This document shows, piece after piece, positions 46,691 through 56,207 of a stretch of DNA of 64,000 bases. The DNA is taken from positions 66,895 through 130,894 of the IMG/VR virus record IMGVR_UViG_3300017963_000203; one strand, 5' to 3'. The notes under the pieces were generated by a model. The model saw only the letters and a program-made list of their open reading frames with translations, made no database searches and was not told where the DNA came from. Position 1 is the stretch's first letter, and every line of letters starts with the position of its first letter. The position numbers and the translations under genes are program-made. Source of the DNA: a virus.

Positions 46691-46860
46691 CTTGCCTCCT
46701 CATTTGGACCACGATCCAGACATGACTGCGTGGCCCGTGCCCCTTCCTCGAAGATTTTCTTGATCGTCTCGAGATCCTCTCTCGAGAAACGGCCCTCTCG
46801 CATGGCAGCCATGATCCTGTCCACAGAGGTCTTGATGATCTCGGCCGCGATATTTGGCAT
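46687..46860 (-). CDS. small hypothetical protein (57 aa, below ORF-track cutoff)
   Basis: MPNIAAEIIKTSVDRIMAAMREG...; ATGA overlap with next gene. Confidence 0.5.
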   Translation of the reverse strand: MPNIAAEIIKTSVDRIMAAMREGRFSREDLETIKKIFEEGARATQSCLDRGPNEEAR

Positions 46861-46879
46861 TTCCAAAGCCTCGAATTGA

Positions 46880-47674
46880 TCAGGGCAACGAAACGTACTC
46901 CTTCAAAGTCTCACGATCAACCTTGAGAATGACCAGATCGCCTGCGCGCCTGGAGACCTCGATCGTCATGACCTTCTCTCCGTCGTACACGTCGATCACC
47001 CTGGCCGGCTCCGAGTCGTCGCCCACACAGATCGGTTCTCTGATCGATTCGATCCTGTTCTCGAGATCCTTCACCTTCCCGCCGAGCTCGTGAAGCATCC
47101 GGCGAAAACTCTTGGGAGGGTCAAGAGGGCGCCCTTCCTCGGCCGCCACGAACTGCTCGACGAGTTCGGCCATGTCCTGGCTCCCATTGGCCACGGACTG
47201 GACGAGGACATCGTTGAAGGTCTTGGTGTCCACGTAGATCTTCATCGAATCCCGGTCGGTGCGAAGGATGAACGCCATCCGAGACCCCATCGTCTCGAAA
47301 CCCACGACCTTCATCGGATTGTCGAGGTCCCCAACCTCCTCGGGAATCTCCGCGCTCCGGATACGGCGCTTCATCACCTTGGACATGAGTCGCTCGACTT
47401 CCAGATCGCCCCGGGCCACCGACTTGAAGAGATCGAGGAGACCTTCGTCCAGGATGATGGCGTCCTTCGCCAGCATGATGGGCTGTTTGGTCTCTGGGCA
47501 CATCGCCCAATGCGTGTAGGTTCCGTCCACGGTCTCGATGGGGTCCCCCTTAAGCAAGGTGAATTCCAGATCATGCTCGCCGCCGCATCGTGCGCATCGC
47601 CTGATCGAAATCGTCCTCGCCCGCCTCTTGGCTTCGTCCTGGGCGCGCTTCTCCTGTTCGTTCGGATCTACCAT
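46880..47674 (-). CDS. hypothetical protein with N-terminal CxxC..H..C
   Basis: AGGAG RBS; CARCGGEH..HWAMCP. Confidence 0.7.
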   Translation of the reverse strand: MVDPNEQEKRAQDEAKRRARTISIRRCARCGGEHDLEFTLLKGDPIETVDGTYTHWAMCPETKQPIMLAKDAIILDEGLLDLFKSVARGDLEVERLMSKVMKRRIRSAEIPEEVGDLDNPMKVVGFETMGSRMAFILRTDRDSMKIYVDTKTFNDVLVQSVANGSQDMAELVEQFVAAEEGRPLDPPKSFRRMLHELGGKVKDLENRIESIREPICVGDDSEPARVIDVYDGEKVMTIEVSRRAGDLVILKVDRETLKEYVSLP

Positions 47675-47832
47675 TCGACGTCTCCTAATTGGGGCTCATT
47701 TCCGTATTTCTACCTGCCAGATACTCCTCCACCTTTTTGGAGAGGCATGTGGCGCAGTAGTGTACGCCCCCCCACACAACGTCCCTGAGCGTAGGAGCGC
47801 CGCAGTCTGGACACCGGCCCTCGGTGGGGAGA

Positions 47833-49095
47833 TCAGATCTTCTCGCAGAATCGGAACGAGACATACGGAGGAAGAACCACAGCGTTCACTGGAGTGAACG
47901 TATGTTTGTGGGCGTCGGGCCAGTAAAGCGCCAAGCCTCCCGGGAGGACCTCGTTCTGCTCCGTGCTTCTCTTGAAGTCCTCGACTTCCTTCGCGTTCAA
48001 CGGATTGAACGACCACGTCACACCGTGGCCTCCGAACCAAGCGAGGGACTTCTTCCGAATGGACCAGTCACCCAGCGCTACGTCTCCCGGGCCTGGTGGG
48101 ATTCCCTGATCGTTGAAATCCGGAGATTGAATGCGGCGTTGCACGTCGGGTTCGTCGCTGAGGAACTCTTCTACGGGCTCACCTACCATGCCGTCACGCT
48201 GGTGGATGAAGTGCTCGTCGTCCCCCAGGGTCTGCCGCAATTCCGGCTTCTTGTTGGCGAGGACGCCCTCGCTGATGGTCGGGTATTCTTCGGTCCCTCC
48301 GCTCAGTACGTTGGGATCGCCGAACGTCTGATAGAGCATGTGCTCGTCAGCCTCAGGTACCGAACGGAAACCAGCGGGAATTTCGTCGCCTTCCCACAGA
48401 ATAACGGCCCCTCGAGGGAGCGCCACGTCTCCTGGATTTTCGGAGTAGGGGAGACTCAGGTCGAATCGACCGAGAGCAAAGGACAGTCCGGCCACACCCA
48501 TGGAGTATCCGCGACGCCCCCTCACCTTCAGGCGCACAACGATCTTCTCCATGTCCAGAGGACATTCCTCGATGGCGTGCATCACACGGCGGTACGACCC
48601 GATCTGACTCGCGAAGAACGGGAAGCTCTCGTCGGTCTTGGACCCGAAATCGTACTCGGGCCACACCTTGACCTCGCCCTCGATCTTCGTGGCCGAGAAA
48701 GCGAACGTAGCGGGCATGCCACGGAACTGATTGATGACGTCGATCTCCTGCTCGAGCGTGACCGTTGCGTCCTTGTAGAACGTGATACGCAGGAGATGGC
48801 CGCTGTCGTAAGACCGCCTACGAACACCGGTGACGATGTCGATAGGGTCGAAGTCCACTGCTCCAGCCTCTTCCGAATCGGCCGAGATGGACCAGTTGCC
48901 AACTGCGTACTTCTGCGCAGAAGTGCCCACAAGTATGGATACGTCCGCAGGAGTGAGCACATCGGCGATGGTTATACGTGGTGTGACCGACGGGTAGCTC
49001 TTCGCAGACGCCTCCCTCGCAATCCTGGCGAAGTTCCCATTCTTCAACCAGTTGTTCGAGTGATTCCTGCCGGCTGCTGAGAGGATGTCGGTCAT
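47833..49095 (-). CDS. tail fibre/collar-like protein
   Basis: NWLKNGNF; LPRGAVILWEG..IPAGF; HKH; LPPYV..FCEK. Confidence 0.65.
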   Translation of the reverse strand: MTDILSAAGRNHSNNWLKNGNFARIAREASAKSYPSVTPRITIADVLTPADVSILVGTSAQKYAVGNWSISADSEEAGAVDFDPIDIVTGVRRRSYDSGHLLRITFYKDATVTLEQEIDVINQFRGMPATFAFSATKIEGEVKVWPEYDFGSKTDESFPFFASQIGSYRRVMHAIEECPLDMEKIVVRLKVRGRRGYSMGVAGLSFALGRFDLSLPYSENPGDVALPRGAVILWEGDEIPAGFRSVPEADEHMLYQTFGDPNVLSGGTEEYPTISEGVLANKKPELRQTLGDDEHFIHQRDGMVGEPVEEFLSDEPDVQRRIQSPDFNDQGIPPGPGDVALGDWSIRKKSLAWFGGHGVTWSFNPLNAKEVEDFKRSTEQNEVLPGGLALYWPDAHKHTFTPVNAVVLPPYVSFRFCEKI

Positions 49096-51677
49096 TCTTT
49101 CACACAGAGCTTGACGACACGGGCCCGAGGACGGGAGTAGCCCCCAGTGCCCACGTAATTATGACCATGACCGGCGCACACCGGGGGAAGATTCGCATCC
49201 AGGTTCAAGTTGGGGACGTAGGCGTTGGACGGCCGAATGGTGCCGAGCCCCTCTGAGGGCTCGACTCGATGGTTGTGCTCTTCAGCACCGATCTCTGAGA
49301 GGCCAGGCTCGTCAGCATCCATCTTGAGATAGCCCGTCTTGATGATCCTGGCCGCCTTCTGGCCGTAGTAACTGAACGCCGTTCTCCAATCTCCCTGGAG
49401 GTCGATGTAGGTCAGCGTCTGGCCGTCCGTAACGGGCCTCGCCTCCACCAGAGGCAGAGGTTCACCGAGCCGTCTGGGATCGTAGAGGGCGATGCGGCGG
49501 ATGTTCCTGTAGAGGTCCCTGAGCGTGGCGATGGCCGACAGAATTCCGAAGGGTGACGGCACGATGGACCAGAGACTGAGGTCCGTGGCCAGGCTCTGGT
49601 AGCTCGACGGGTACGTCTGGTACGGGCCCACAGGATCGAGCCTCGATCCTTTCTCGTAGGCCACGAACTCCGGCGCCACCCGCACGCCCACGATGAGGAT
49701 GTTGTAGAGCGCATCGGGCTCCCCAGGACGGGTGGGGACGAAGGTAGCACCCAGAGGATCCTTGTTCACCTGGAGGAACATGCCCGGGACGAGCGCCGGC
49801 TTGAGAAGGCCTATGTTCACGTAGTCGAACCTGGGAGGCCGAGGCGGGGGCGACGGCAGCGTGGTGTCGATGAGCGTGATACGGACCCGGTCGATCTTGA
49901 TGCGAAGTCTGTACCTCGGCGGAGCCGGCGTATCGCGCTTCACGATCTCGGCCAGCACCCTCGACGTGGCCCACGGATAGGAAGAGAATTCGTCCTGGCT
50001 CGAGACAGCCACAGGCAACTGCGTGTCATCGAAAGCGAGCGTAGTCACGTCCTTGGTCGAGTCGTAGCTGATGCTCGTGTACTGGATGTCGTCGGTCTTC
50101 CAGATCACATTGGACGGACTCTCCGTATCGCCAGGATACCCGACTACCTCCTTGTAACCTGGGGGGCACGTAGAGCCGCCCGTGTAGGCGATGATCGTCC
50201 CCTTGGGGACCATCCCTCCGTCCGGAGATGCCGTGAAGTCGAGCTGATCGAACTCCGTGGTGGAGAGAGTCTCGTTGGTGTGCGCCTTCCCCGTGAAGTC
50301 CCCACGGTACATGACGAAGTGGCTCACGGAGATCGTGACGGCGCCCTGGGGCTTGGTCAACCTGATCCTCGGGAGTCCCGGGATGGGGAGAGGCCGATCG
50401 GCCACGAGTTTGTAGATATACCGGTTGTAGTTCGATCCGTCGCTCACCGGGAAGTACCGGACGAGCTGAAAGCGCATGGAGTCGATGACCTCTGCCAGCC
50501 CCTGCGACTCTCCCTCTTCCTTGATGAACTGAAGATCGATCCACCACCCGGCAGGGGCGAACCCGCCACCCCAAGCCAAGGCCGTGAAGGCGAGCGTAAG
50601 CTCGTATCGGCATCCCGGGACAGGGATCTCGGCGTTGAGGGGGATCGCTGGCGCGAACGCCCATGACGTGATTGGCCGGGTGGTGGTGGCTCCCGTTACA
50701 GGCAGAGGACGTCCCACCTTGGAGATCGAGAGAACCTGGACACCGTTCTGCGTCGAGATGGACATGATCTGACCGTAGGCCCAGTGTGGGGCCACAGATA
50801 CGAAGTAGTCCCCTGGCGAGACATTCAGCGTTCCGCCGATCACACGCACGGAGTAGGTAGCGTCCCCCTCCTGCCCACGCGTGTAGACGAGACCGCCCAC
50901 ATCCCCGTCCTGGGCGATGAGTGGAAGGTCGCCGTCCTCCGGCACCGCAGTGATCTCCGTGTCCGTGACCTTGGAGATTACGTAATGTCCGGAGTACTGG
51001 TCGTCGTTCGCCCACAACGTGACGGTACTCCCCTTTTCAGGACGCTTCCGCACCACGAAGTGAACGATGCTGTCCGCGAAGTCGTCGTCCGGATCGGGGT
51101 TGCTGAGGCCCAGGTCAGCCGCTGTGATCGGCGTACTGTCCTGTTTGACCACCTGAAAGGAACGGAAGTCCACGCCCCGGTCAGTCCGGTCCTCGGACTG
51201 GATCACCAGATTCATGGGATCGCCGTTCGCCTTGATCCAGGTGAGCACGGTCCCTCGGCGGATCACCACCGATTTGTCGATGAGGATGCGCAGGAGACCG
51301 TTGAGGTTCAGCACAGCCGTGTACGCCGTTGCCCAGTCTACGTCTTCCACCCAGAAGTCGCCGTCCTGGCGTTGCGGGATGAGGATGGCGCTCTTCTTGA
51401 CGGGGATGGCCGTCATGAACGGGATGTACCGGAGAATGGGGTAGGTGAAGAGGTCGTTGCGGTTGAGACGGCAGTTGACGTGGCCCGTAGCCGCCATACC
51501 GTACTTGGGCTCGCCCTTCTTCACGGAACTGTCGTTCTCGAAGTCCTGGCGGTACTGGACGTGACGAAGGACAGTGGAATAGGCGTCGTAGTCGGGCTTC
51601 CAGTAGGCCACGCCCTGTACGAAGTTCCCGTTGGGGATGAGAGAATCGGCGCTCGAGATGTCTTGTACGGTGCTCAT
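49092..51677 (-). CDS. tail fibre/collar-like protein
   Basis: LIPNGNF; VPKGTIIAYTG..CPPGY; HNH, HGH; ends LCVK. Confidence 0.65.
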   Translation of the reverse strand: MSTVQDISSADSLIPNGNFVQGVAYWKPDYDAYSTVLRHVQYRQDFENDSSVKKGEPKYGMAATGHVNCRLNRNDLFTYPILRYIPFMTAIPVKKSAILIPQRQDGDFWVEDVDWATAYTAVLNLNGLLRILIDKSVVIRRGTVLTWIKANGDPMNLVIQSEDRTDRGVDFRSFQVVKQDSTPITAADLGLSNPDPDDDFADSIVHFVVRKRPEKGSTVTLWANDDQYSGHYVISKVTDTEITAVPEDGDLPLIAQDGDVGGLVYTRGQEGDATYSVRVIGGTLNVSPGDYFVSVAPHWAYGQIMSISTQNGVQVLSISKVGRPLPVTGATTTRPITSWAFAPAIPLNAEIPVPGCRYELTLAFTALAWGGGFAPAGWWIDLQFIKEEGESQGLAEVIDSMRFQLVRYFPVSDGSNYNRYIYKLVADRPLPIPGLPRIRLTKPQGAVTISVSHFVMYRGDFTGKAHTNETLSTTEFDQLDFTASPDGGMVPKGTIIAYTGGSTCPPGYKEVVGYPGDTESPSNVIWKTDDIQYTSISYDSTKDVTTLAFDDTQLPVAVSSQDEFSSYPWATSRVLAEIVKRDTPAPPRYRLRIKIDRVRITLIDTTLPSPPPRPPRFDYVNIGLLKPALVPGMFLQVNKDPLGATFVPTRPGEPDALYNILIVGVRVAPEFVAYEKGSRLDPVGPYQTYPSSYQSLATDLSLWSIVPSPFGILSAIATLRDLYRNIRRIALYDPRRLGEPLPLVEARPVTDGQTLTYIDLQGDWRTAFSYYGQKAARIIKTGYLKMDADEPGLSEIGAEEHNHRVEPSEGLGTIRPSNAYVPNLNLDANLPPVCAGHGHNYVGTGGYSRPRARVVKLCVKE

Positions 51678-52684
51678 ACTCGTTTGCAGAAAAGAAAGGC
51701 CCGGTAGATGGGCTCCGTATTGTTCGACCCCTGGTCCCCACTCAGTTCGTGCGTGTGATCCCGTGCCGGGTCTGCCTTAGACCCCGCATCCTCGTCCATT
51801 CCCGTCACCACACGTGCCTCGTCACTGCCCAGAAGAGAGCGTCGAGGCCACCCTGACGGCGGGTACATCTTCTGGTTCAACTCGTGTGTGTGATGCAGCG
51901 CGCCACCGCTCTCACCCGGAACACCCTCTCGAGGGAAGACATCATCCTGAGAAACGGGAGCAAACCCAGGAGGGGCGACGGTCCCCATGCACATGACGAT
52001 TGCTCCTCGGGGGAAGACGGCTGCGGCGGGGTCTCCGGTGTAGGGGAGATCATTGTACGCTCCTGTCGCCAGCATCATGTTGCCAATGTGAACCTCGACC
52101 GCCTGAGAGCGCCCCTTGCGCTGGAACTGGGCTGCCACGATACCGAGGCGCACGTTGGCCGCCTCGAACGTACCCGTGAACCGACGCCACGTGCCGCTCG
52201 AAAAGGACGGATCGAGCTCCTCGTACTCGTCGGCCGGATCACTCACATTATAGTTCCGAGTGAATCCGACGCTGACAGCCCCCTGCACCACACGCAACGA
52301 AAAGGACACCGTGATGGGGCCCTGATAGACGAGGTTTCCTTCGGTGGCGTAGTAGCCGTAGGTGGACATCTCGCCGGCGTCGACAGGAACTGCGTGGTCA
52401 AGGACGGCGCCGAAGGCCAGCGTAAGGTCCTGTCCAACGGTCACCGGATCACTCTTGGGCAAGATGAACTTGAGGTAGTTGAACGGAGCACCAGCCACGT
52501 CCGGGACCTCGCCAAACACCTGCTCCCAGGTATTGACAGCTCCCGGCGCGATCGCTTTCCTGATCGCCCCGCCCACCGAATAAAACGGCGGGGTGGCTCC
52601 TTCAGGATCCTGAAAGTCCAACCCGCCGTTCTTGAACAGATTCGGGACGCTCAGGACATCTCCATAGTGCCTGCTGATGCCCAT
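51674..52684 (-). CDS. tail fibre/collar-like protein
   Basis: NLFKNGGL; FPRGAIVM..APPGF; HTH (x2); ends FCKR. Confidence 0.65.
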   Translation of the reverse strand: MGISRHYGDVLSVPNLFKNGGLDFQDPEGATPPFYSVGGAIRKAIAPGAVNTWEQVFGEVPDVAGAPFNYLKFILPKSDPVTVGQDLTLAFGAVLDHAVPVDAGEMSTYGYYATEGNLVYQGPITVSFSLRVVQGAVSVGFTRNYNVSDPADEYEELDPSFSSGTWRRFTGTFEAANVRLGIVAAQFQRKGRSQAVEVHIGNMMLATGAYNDLPYTGDPAAAVFPRGAIVMCMGTVAPPGFAPVSQDDVFPREGVPGESGGALHHTHELNQKMYPPSGWPRRSLLGSDEARVVTGMDEDAGSKADPARDHTHELSGDQGSNNTEPIYRAFLFCKRV

Positions 52685-52693
52685 TCCGTCTCC

Positions 52694-55534
52694 TTACCGA
52701 CCCCCGAAGGGCCCCCACCCCTCTCGCATTTTCTTGCCGACTCTGGCTCCGAGAGCTCCGCCGAGGGCTCCGCCCAGGCCTCCTTGCGCAGCACGACGCA
52801 GTCGCTTGCCCTTCTTGGCCGTGAGAAGACCACCGAGAGCGCCTCCGATGGATCCCCCGGCCGCGGAAGCCGTCTCGTCACTGGTCTTCTCGACACGCCT
52901 GGCGGCACCCTTCAGCCCAGCCTTCAGCCCTCGTTTGGCCTTGCGCCCCATCCTCGCGAGACGACTCGCCAGAGCGGCCCTCGGCCCTGTCTTGGCACCG
53001 CTGACCGACTGTTCCTTCGGAGGCTCGGTCTTGAGGGCCTCACGGCTCCGCTCCCGCCATCTCTTGCCGCCGGCGATGAAGTCGGAGCGGCTTTCCCCGG
53101 GAAAGTCGCTCTTCTTGGGCGACCTTCCGGCGAGCCGACCCACCTCGTGCGCCATGATGCGATGACCGGCGTATTCGCCGGCTTTTCCCTTCACAGGATG
53201 CTTGTCGGCATTGCCCAGGCGAAGGGCGGAAGGCAGCTTGGCTTCCTTCTCCATGGAGGTGTCGAATCCGTTGAAGAACGCCTCTTCGGCCTGCTTGCCG
53301 AAGCCACGACCCTTCTGCGCCTTGAAGCGCGGGTCCTGCGTTCCGGAACCCTTGGGTCCGGTGTCCTTGGGATTGGCCTTGGTCGAGGGATCTCGGCGAG
53401 CGGCCTCGATCTTGGCGAGAATGCCCGCGCCGCGGCCGCCGCCTCCGGGGCCTCCGGGTACGCCCATCGGGCCACGACCCCTGCCCCTGGCCAGTCCTCG
53501 GCCCTTCCCCTTGCTGCGAATCTTCTCGCCCGGGGTCGCGCACGCCATGTCGTCGGCCTCGGCCTTCTTGGGCATGCCCATCGGGCCTTTGCCCTTGCCC
53601 CGGGCCAAGCCCTTGCCTTTGCCCTTGCTGCGAATCTTCTCGCCCGGGGTCGCGCACGCTCCCGCCTTTTCCAGTTCGTCCAGCAGCCCGTGATAGAATG
53701 CTTGGGTCATCGAGTCCATGTCTCCTCCTGATTCTTTGGCCGCCTTCGGGAACTGCGGCAGATTCTTCTTCATGGCCTGCGGATCAGCCACCGAAGGCGG
53801 CTTCACCTTACCTTTAGGATACGCCCTACGCAACTTCGAGAGCGTGGGCGGCCCAGCCTGGGCCGCAGTCTTCTTGATGTTCTTCTTCGGTTTGGGGCCG
53901 AGTCGGTTGGCGATCGCCGTTGCCCCGAGAGTACCGCCGATGAGACCCACAGGCATGCCGATGATGAAGGCCGAGTCGGGATTGCTCTTGGCCCAGTTCA
54001 TGAGTCCCTTGCCGGCGCGCCTGGGCATCGTACGGAGACGATCGATCCATTCCCTCTTGTTGAGAAGCGCCTGACCCTTCCGAAGCGCCTTCTGAGACGA
54101 TGCCGCCGATCGAAGATCCTTGGACGAGCCACCAAACCTCGCCGCAGCCACATTCGCCCAATGCTTCCGGTTCATGCGGTCGAGCTGGCTCTGAGGCGGA
54201 CCGAAGATCTTCCGACCGAGGCGCCGCTTGATGCCAACCCATTTTGCCGACTTCTCGATCTCGTCCACCAGGCCGTGAATGAACGACGCCTTCTTCTTGA
54301 GCCTCGAAAGAGACGGCACGACCGTCCCACGCCGAGTCTCAGACTGCTCCTTGCTGATGAAGGGTTTCATGTGCTTCATTGTCCCGTGTCGCCGTTTTTC
54401 CGACTGCGCCGTCTGGAGAATGTTTCTCAGGCCGCTCAGGCCCTCCGTCTTCTGCCTCTCCCTCGTCTCCATGATCCGCCTGGCCGGACTCGGATCTTTG
54501 AAATGATGGACCGGCATCTTCAGCCCACGTAAGCCGTGACGGACCTGGCTGGTGCCGCGACGCCCGCCAAAAACCGTGTGGGGCGGGATGTCCAGCTTGC
54601 CGGCCGACTCGAGCTTCCTCTTGATCGCCTTCTTGGGATCCTCGAAGTCGAAGCTCTTCTCGCTGTACGCAGCGCGGTAGATCCTTTTACGATCCGCGGG
54701 CTTGAGCTTAGACCACATCTTCTCCCACTTGACGGCAGCACCCTTCTCGAGTTTATCAGCCGCCTCACGTTCGCCTTTCTCCTGGGACGACGCTTCGTTC
54801 TTCACCAGACGCTTGAGGAGTTGGCGAAACTCGCCGGAATGGACCTGTTCCTCTTCAGCCACGTCCCGCATGAGCGGGGCCACCACATCATCGCGAGTGT
54901 AGTCCGCGATCTGGTTGTAGAGCGACGTGGCCTCCTCTTCAGCGGACAGGGCGAGACGCACGGCACTGACGATTTCTTCATGGGTGAGGGGATCTCCCGG
55001 CTTCTTGCCCGGGAACGGCCGAGTGAAGTCCACGCCGATCTTTTCGAGTTCGGAAAACAGGCCGTAGAAGAATGCCGCCCTCTTCTCGAGTTTCTTCTCC
55101 ATCTTGAGGAGCGCCGGGTAGTATCCCGTGCCGAGTTCCTTGACATGGTCAGCCACGATTTTCTTGGCAACAGTCGGGCTGGGCGTGTGCTCCTTCTCGA
55201 CCTTCACGCCCGTCCGCATCTGCGCAGGAGACATGGGTGGAACCTTGCCGCCCGATTTCCCTTTGCTAACGATGTCGGACAGTACGCGGTAGACCGTGGC
55301 CTCGGCCTTGTGGACGTTGAAGCCGTTCTCCTCGGCCCACTCGTGGAACTGGTCGTCGCTGGGACGTGGATGCTTCTGGAGAAACTTGATGACCTGCTGC
55401 TCAGACGGAGCGGCCCCCTTGGCTTTCTCCTCATCCTCGTCGGCCTTCTTACCCATGCCCTTGGGACCGAAACGAGCACGCTCCTGGAACGACAGGACAC
55501 GACGCTTCAGACGACGTGCTTCTTCTCTGTTCAT
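52694..55534 (-). CDS. large multi-tag protein: DUF5661-like, ferritin-like, basic and glycine-zipper segments
   Basis: GVKVEKEHT..ADHVKE..YY..L..ME; AEEEATSLY..EEEQVHSGEF; four internal FxxGL/FxxEL/IEKxA/G-like motifs. Confidence 0.8.
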   Translation of the reverse strand: MNREEARRLKRRVLSFQERARFGPKGMGKKADEDEEKAKGAAPSEQQVIKFLQKHPRPSDDQFHEWAEENGFNVHKAEATVYRVLSDIVSKGKSGGKVPPMSPAQMRTGVKVEKEHTPSPTVAKKIVADHVKELGTGYYPALLKMEKKLEKRAAFFYGLFSELEKIGVDFTRPFPGKKPGDPLTHEEIVSAVRLALSAEEEATSLYNQIADYTRDDVVAPLMRDVAEEEQVHSGEFRQLLKRLVKNEASSQEKGEREAADKLEKGAAVKWEKMWSKLKPADRKRIYRAAYSEKSFDFEDPKKAIKRKLESAGKLDIPPHTVFGGRRGTSQVRHGLRGLKMPVHHFKDPSPARRIMETRERQKTEGLSGLRNILQTAQSEKRRHGTMKHMKPFISKEQSETRRGTVVPSLSRLKKKASFIHGLVDEIEKSAKWVGIKRRLGRKIFGPPQSQLDRMNRKHWANVAAARFGGSSKDLRSAASSQKALRKGQALLNKREWIDRLRTMPRRAGKGLMNWAKSNPDSAFIIGMPVGLIGGTLGATAIANRLGPKPKKNIKKTAAQAGPPTLSKLRRAYPKGKVKPPSVADPQAMKKNLPQFPKAAKESGGDMDSMTQAFYHGLLDELEKAGACATPGEKIRSKGKGKGLARGKGKGPMGMPKKAEADDMACATPGEKIRSKGKGRGLARGRGRGPMGVPGGPGGGGRGAGILAKIEAARRDPSTKANPKDTGPKGSGTQDPRFKAQKGRGFGKQAEEAFFNGFDTSMEKEAKLPSALRLGNADKHPVKGKAGEYAGHRIMAHEVGRLAGRSPKKSDFPGESRSDFIAGGKRWRERSREALKTEPPKEQSVSGAKTGPRAALASRLARMGRKAKRGLKAGLKGAARRVEKTSDETASAAGGSIGGALGGLLTAKKGKRLRRAAQGGLGGALGGALGARVGKKMREGWGPFGGR
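53463..53659 (-). repeat. intragenic duplication ACATPGEKIRSKGKG(K/R)GLARG(K/R)G(K/R)GPMG x2
   Basis: Two near-identical copies, sharing CCCTTGCTGCGAATCTTCTCGCCCGGGGTCGCGCACGC. Confidence 0.85.
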
Positions 55535-55598
55535 GCTGAACGCCTCGTGAAGGATGCTAAACGCGTTGCAGGCTTCGCCGCGCTTCCGCGCGGGTGGG

Positions 55599-56198
55599 CT
55601 ATCGCGGAAGCACCGTCAGTTTCAGGTTGTTGTCGATGGAAAGGAGCCCACGCCTGCCGTTGGGCGCCGTGAACAGGAATCCGTCACCCTCTCCGAGCAA
55701 CTCCACAGCCACCTGGTCGCCTTGGCGCAGCACGATGACCCTGTCCGTCCTCTCGGCCGGCGTGGACGTGTGCGGTACGCGGAAGCGAATGATCTGGCTC
55801 GAGTTTACGTGGTAGACGCGAACAACGTCCGTGTCCACCTCGTCAAAGTAGAGCAGCGCAGCGTTGCTGGGATTGAAGGAAGACGGAAAGGCAGCGCCCG
55901 CACGCGTGAGCGCATCGTTGATCGTGGTCAGACTCGGTATAGCCACCATCTCGCCCGTGTTGGGGTCCACGACGGCGACCTCGAGCTGCTTCACACCCAT
56001 GAGGTAATTGAAATCGAGCGTGACTTCGACGTAATCCGCGCTCCAGGAGAGGATGCCGGACGTATCAGCCAGGCCGATGATCTGCTCCTTACCCGTCTCC
56101 GCGCTTGCGAACCGGTGGATGTCACCCTCGGTGGGGATCTTTTCGAAGAGCCCTGGTACAGGCTCGCCGTCGACCGTCACTTGCTTCGGATAGGGCAT
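55599..56198 (-). CDS. hypothetical virion structural protein
   Basis: GAGG RBS; within structural operon. Confidence 0.7.
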   Translation of the reverse strand: MPYPKQVTVDGEPVPGLFEKIPTEGDIHRFASAETGKEQIIGLADTSGILSWSADYVEVTLDFNYLMGVKQLEVAVVDPNTGEMVAIPSLTTINDALTRAGAAFPSSFNPSNAALLYFDEVDTDVVRVYHVNSSQIIRFRVPHTSTPAERTDRVIVLRQGDQVAVELLGEGDGFLFTAPNGRRGLLSIDNNLKLTVLPR

Positions 56199-56207
56199 CG
56201 ATCAGCC

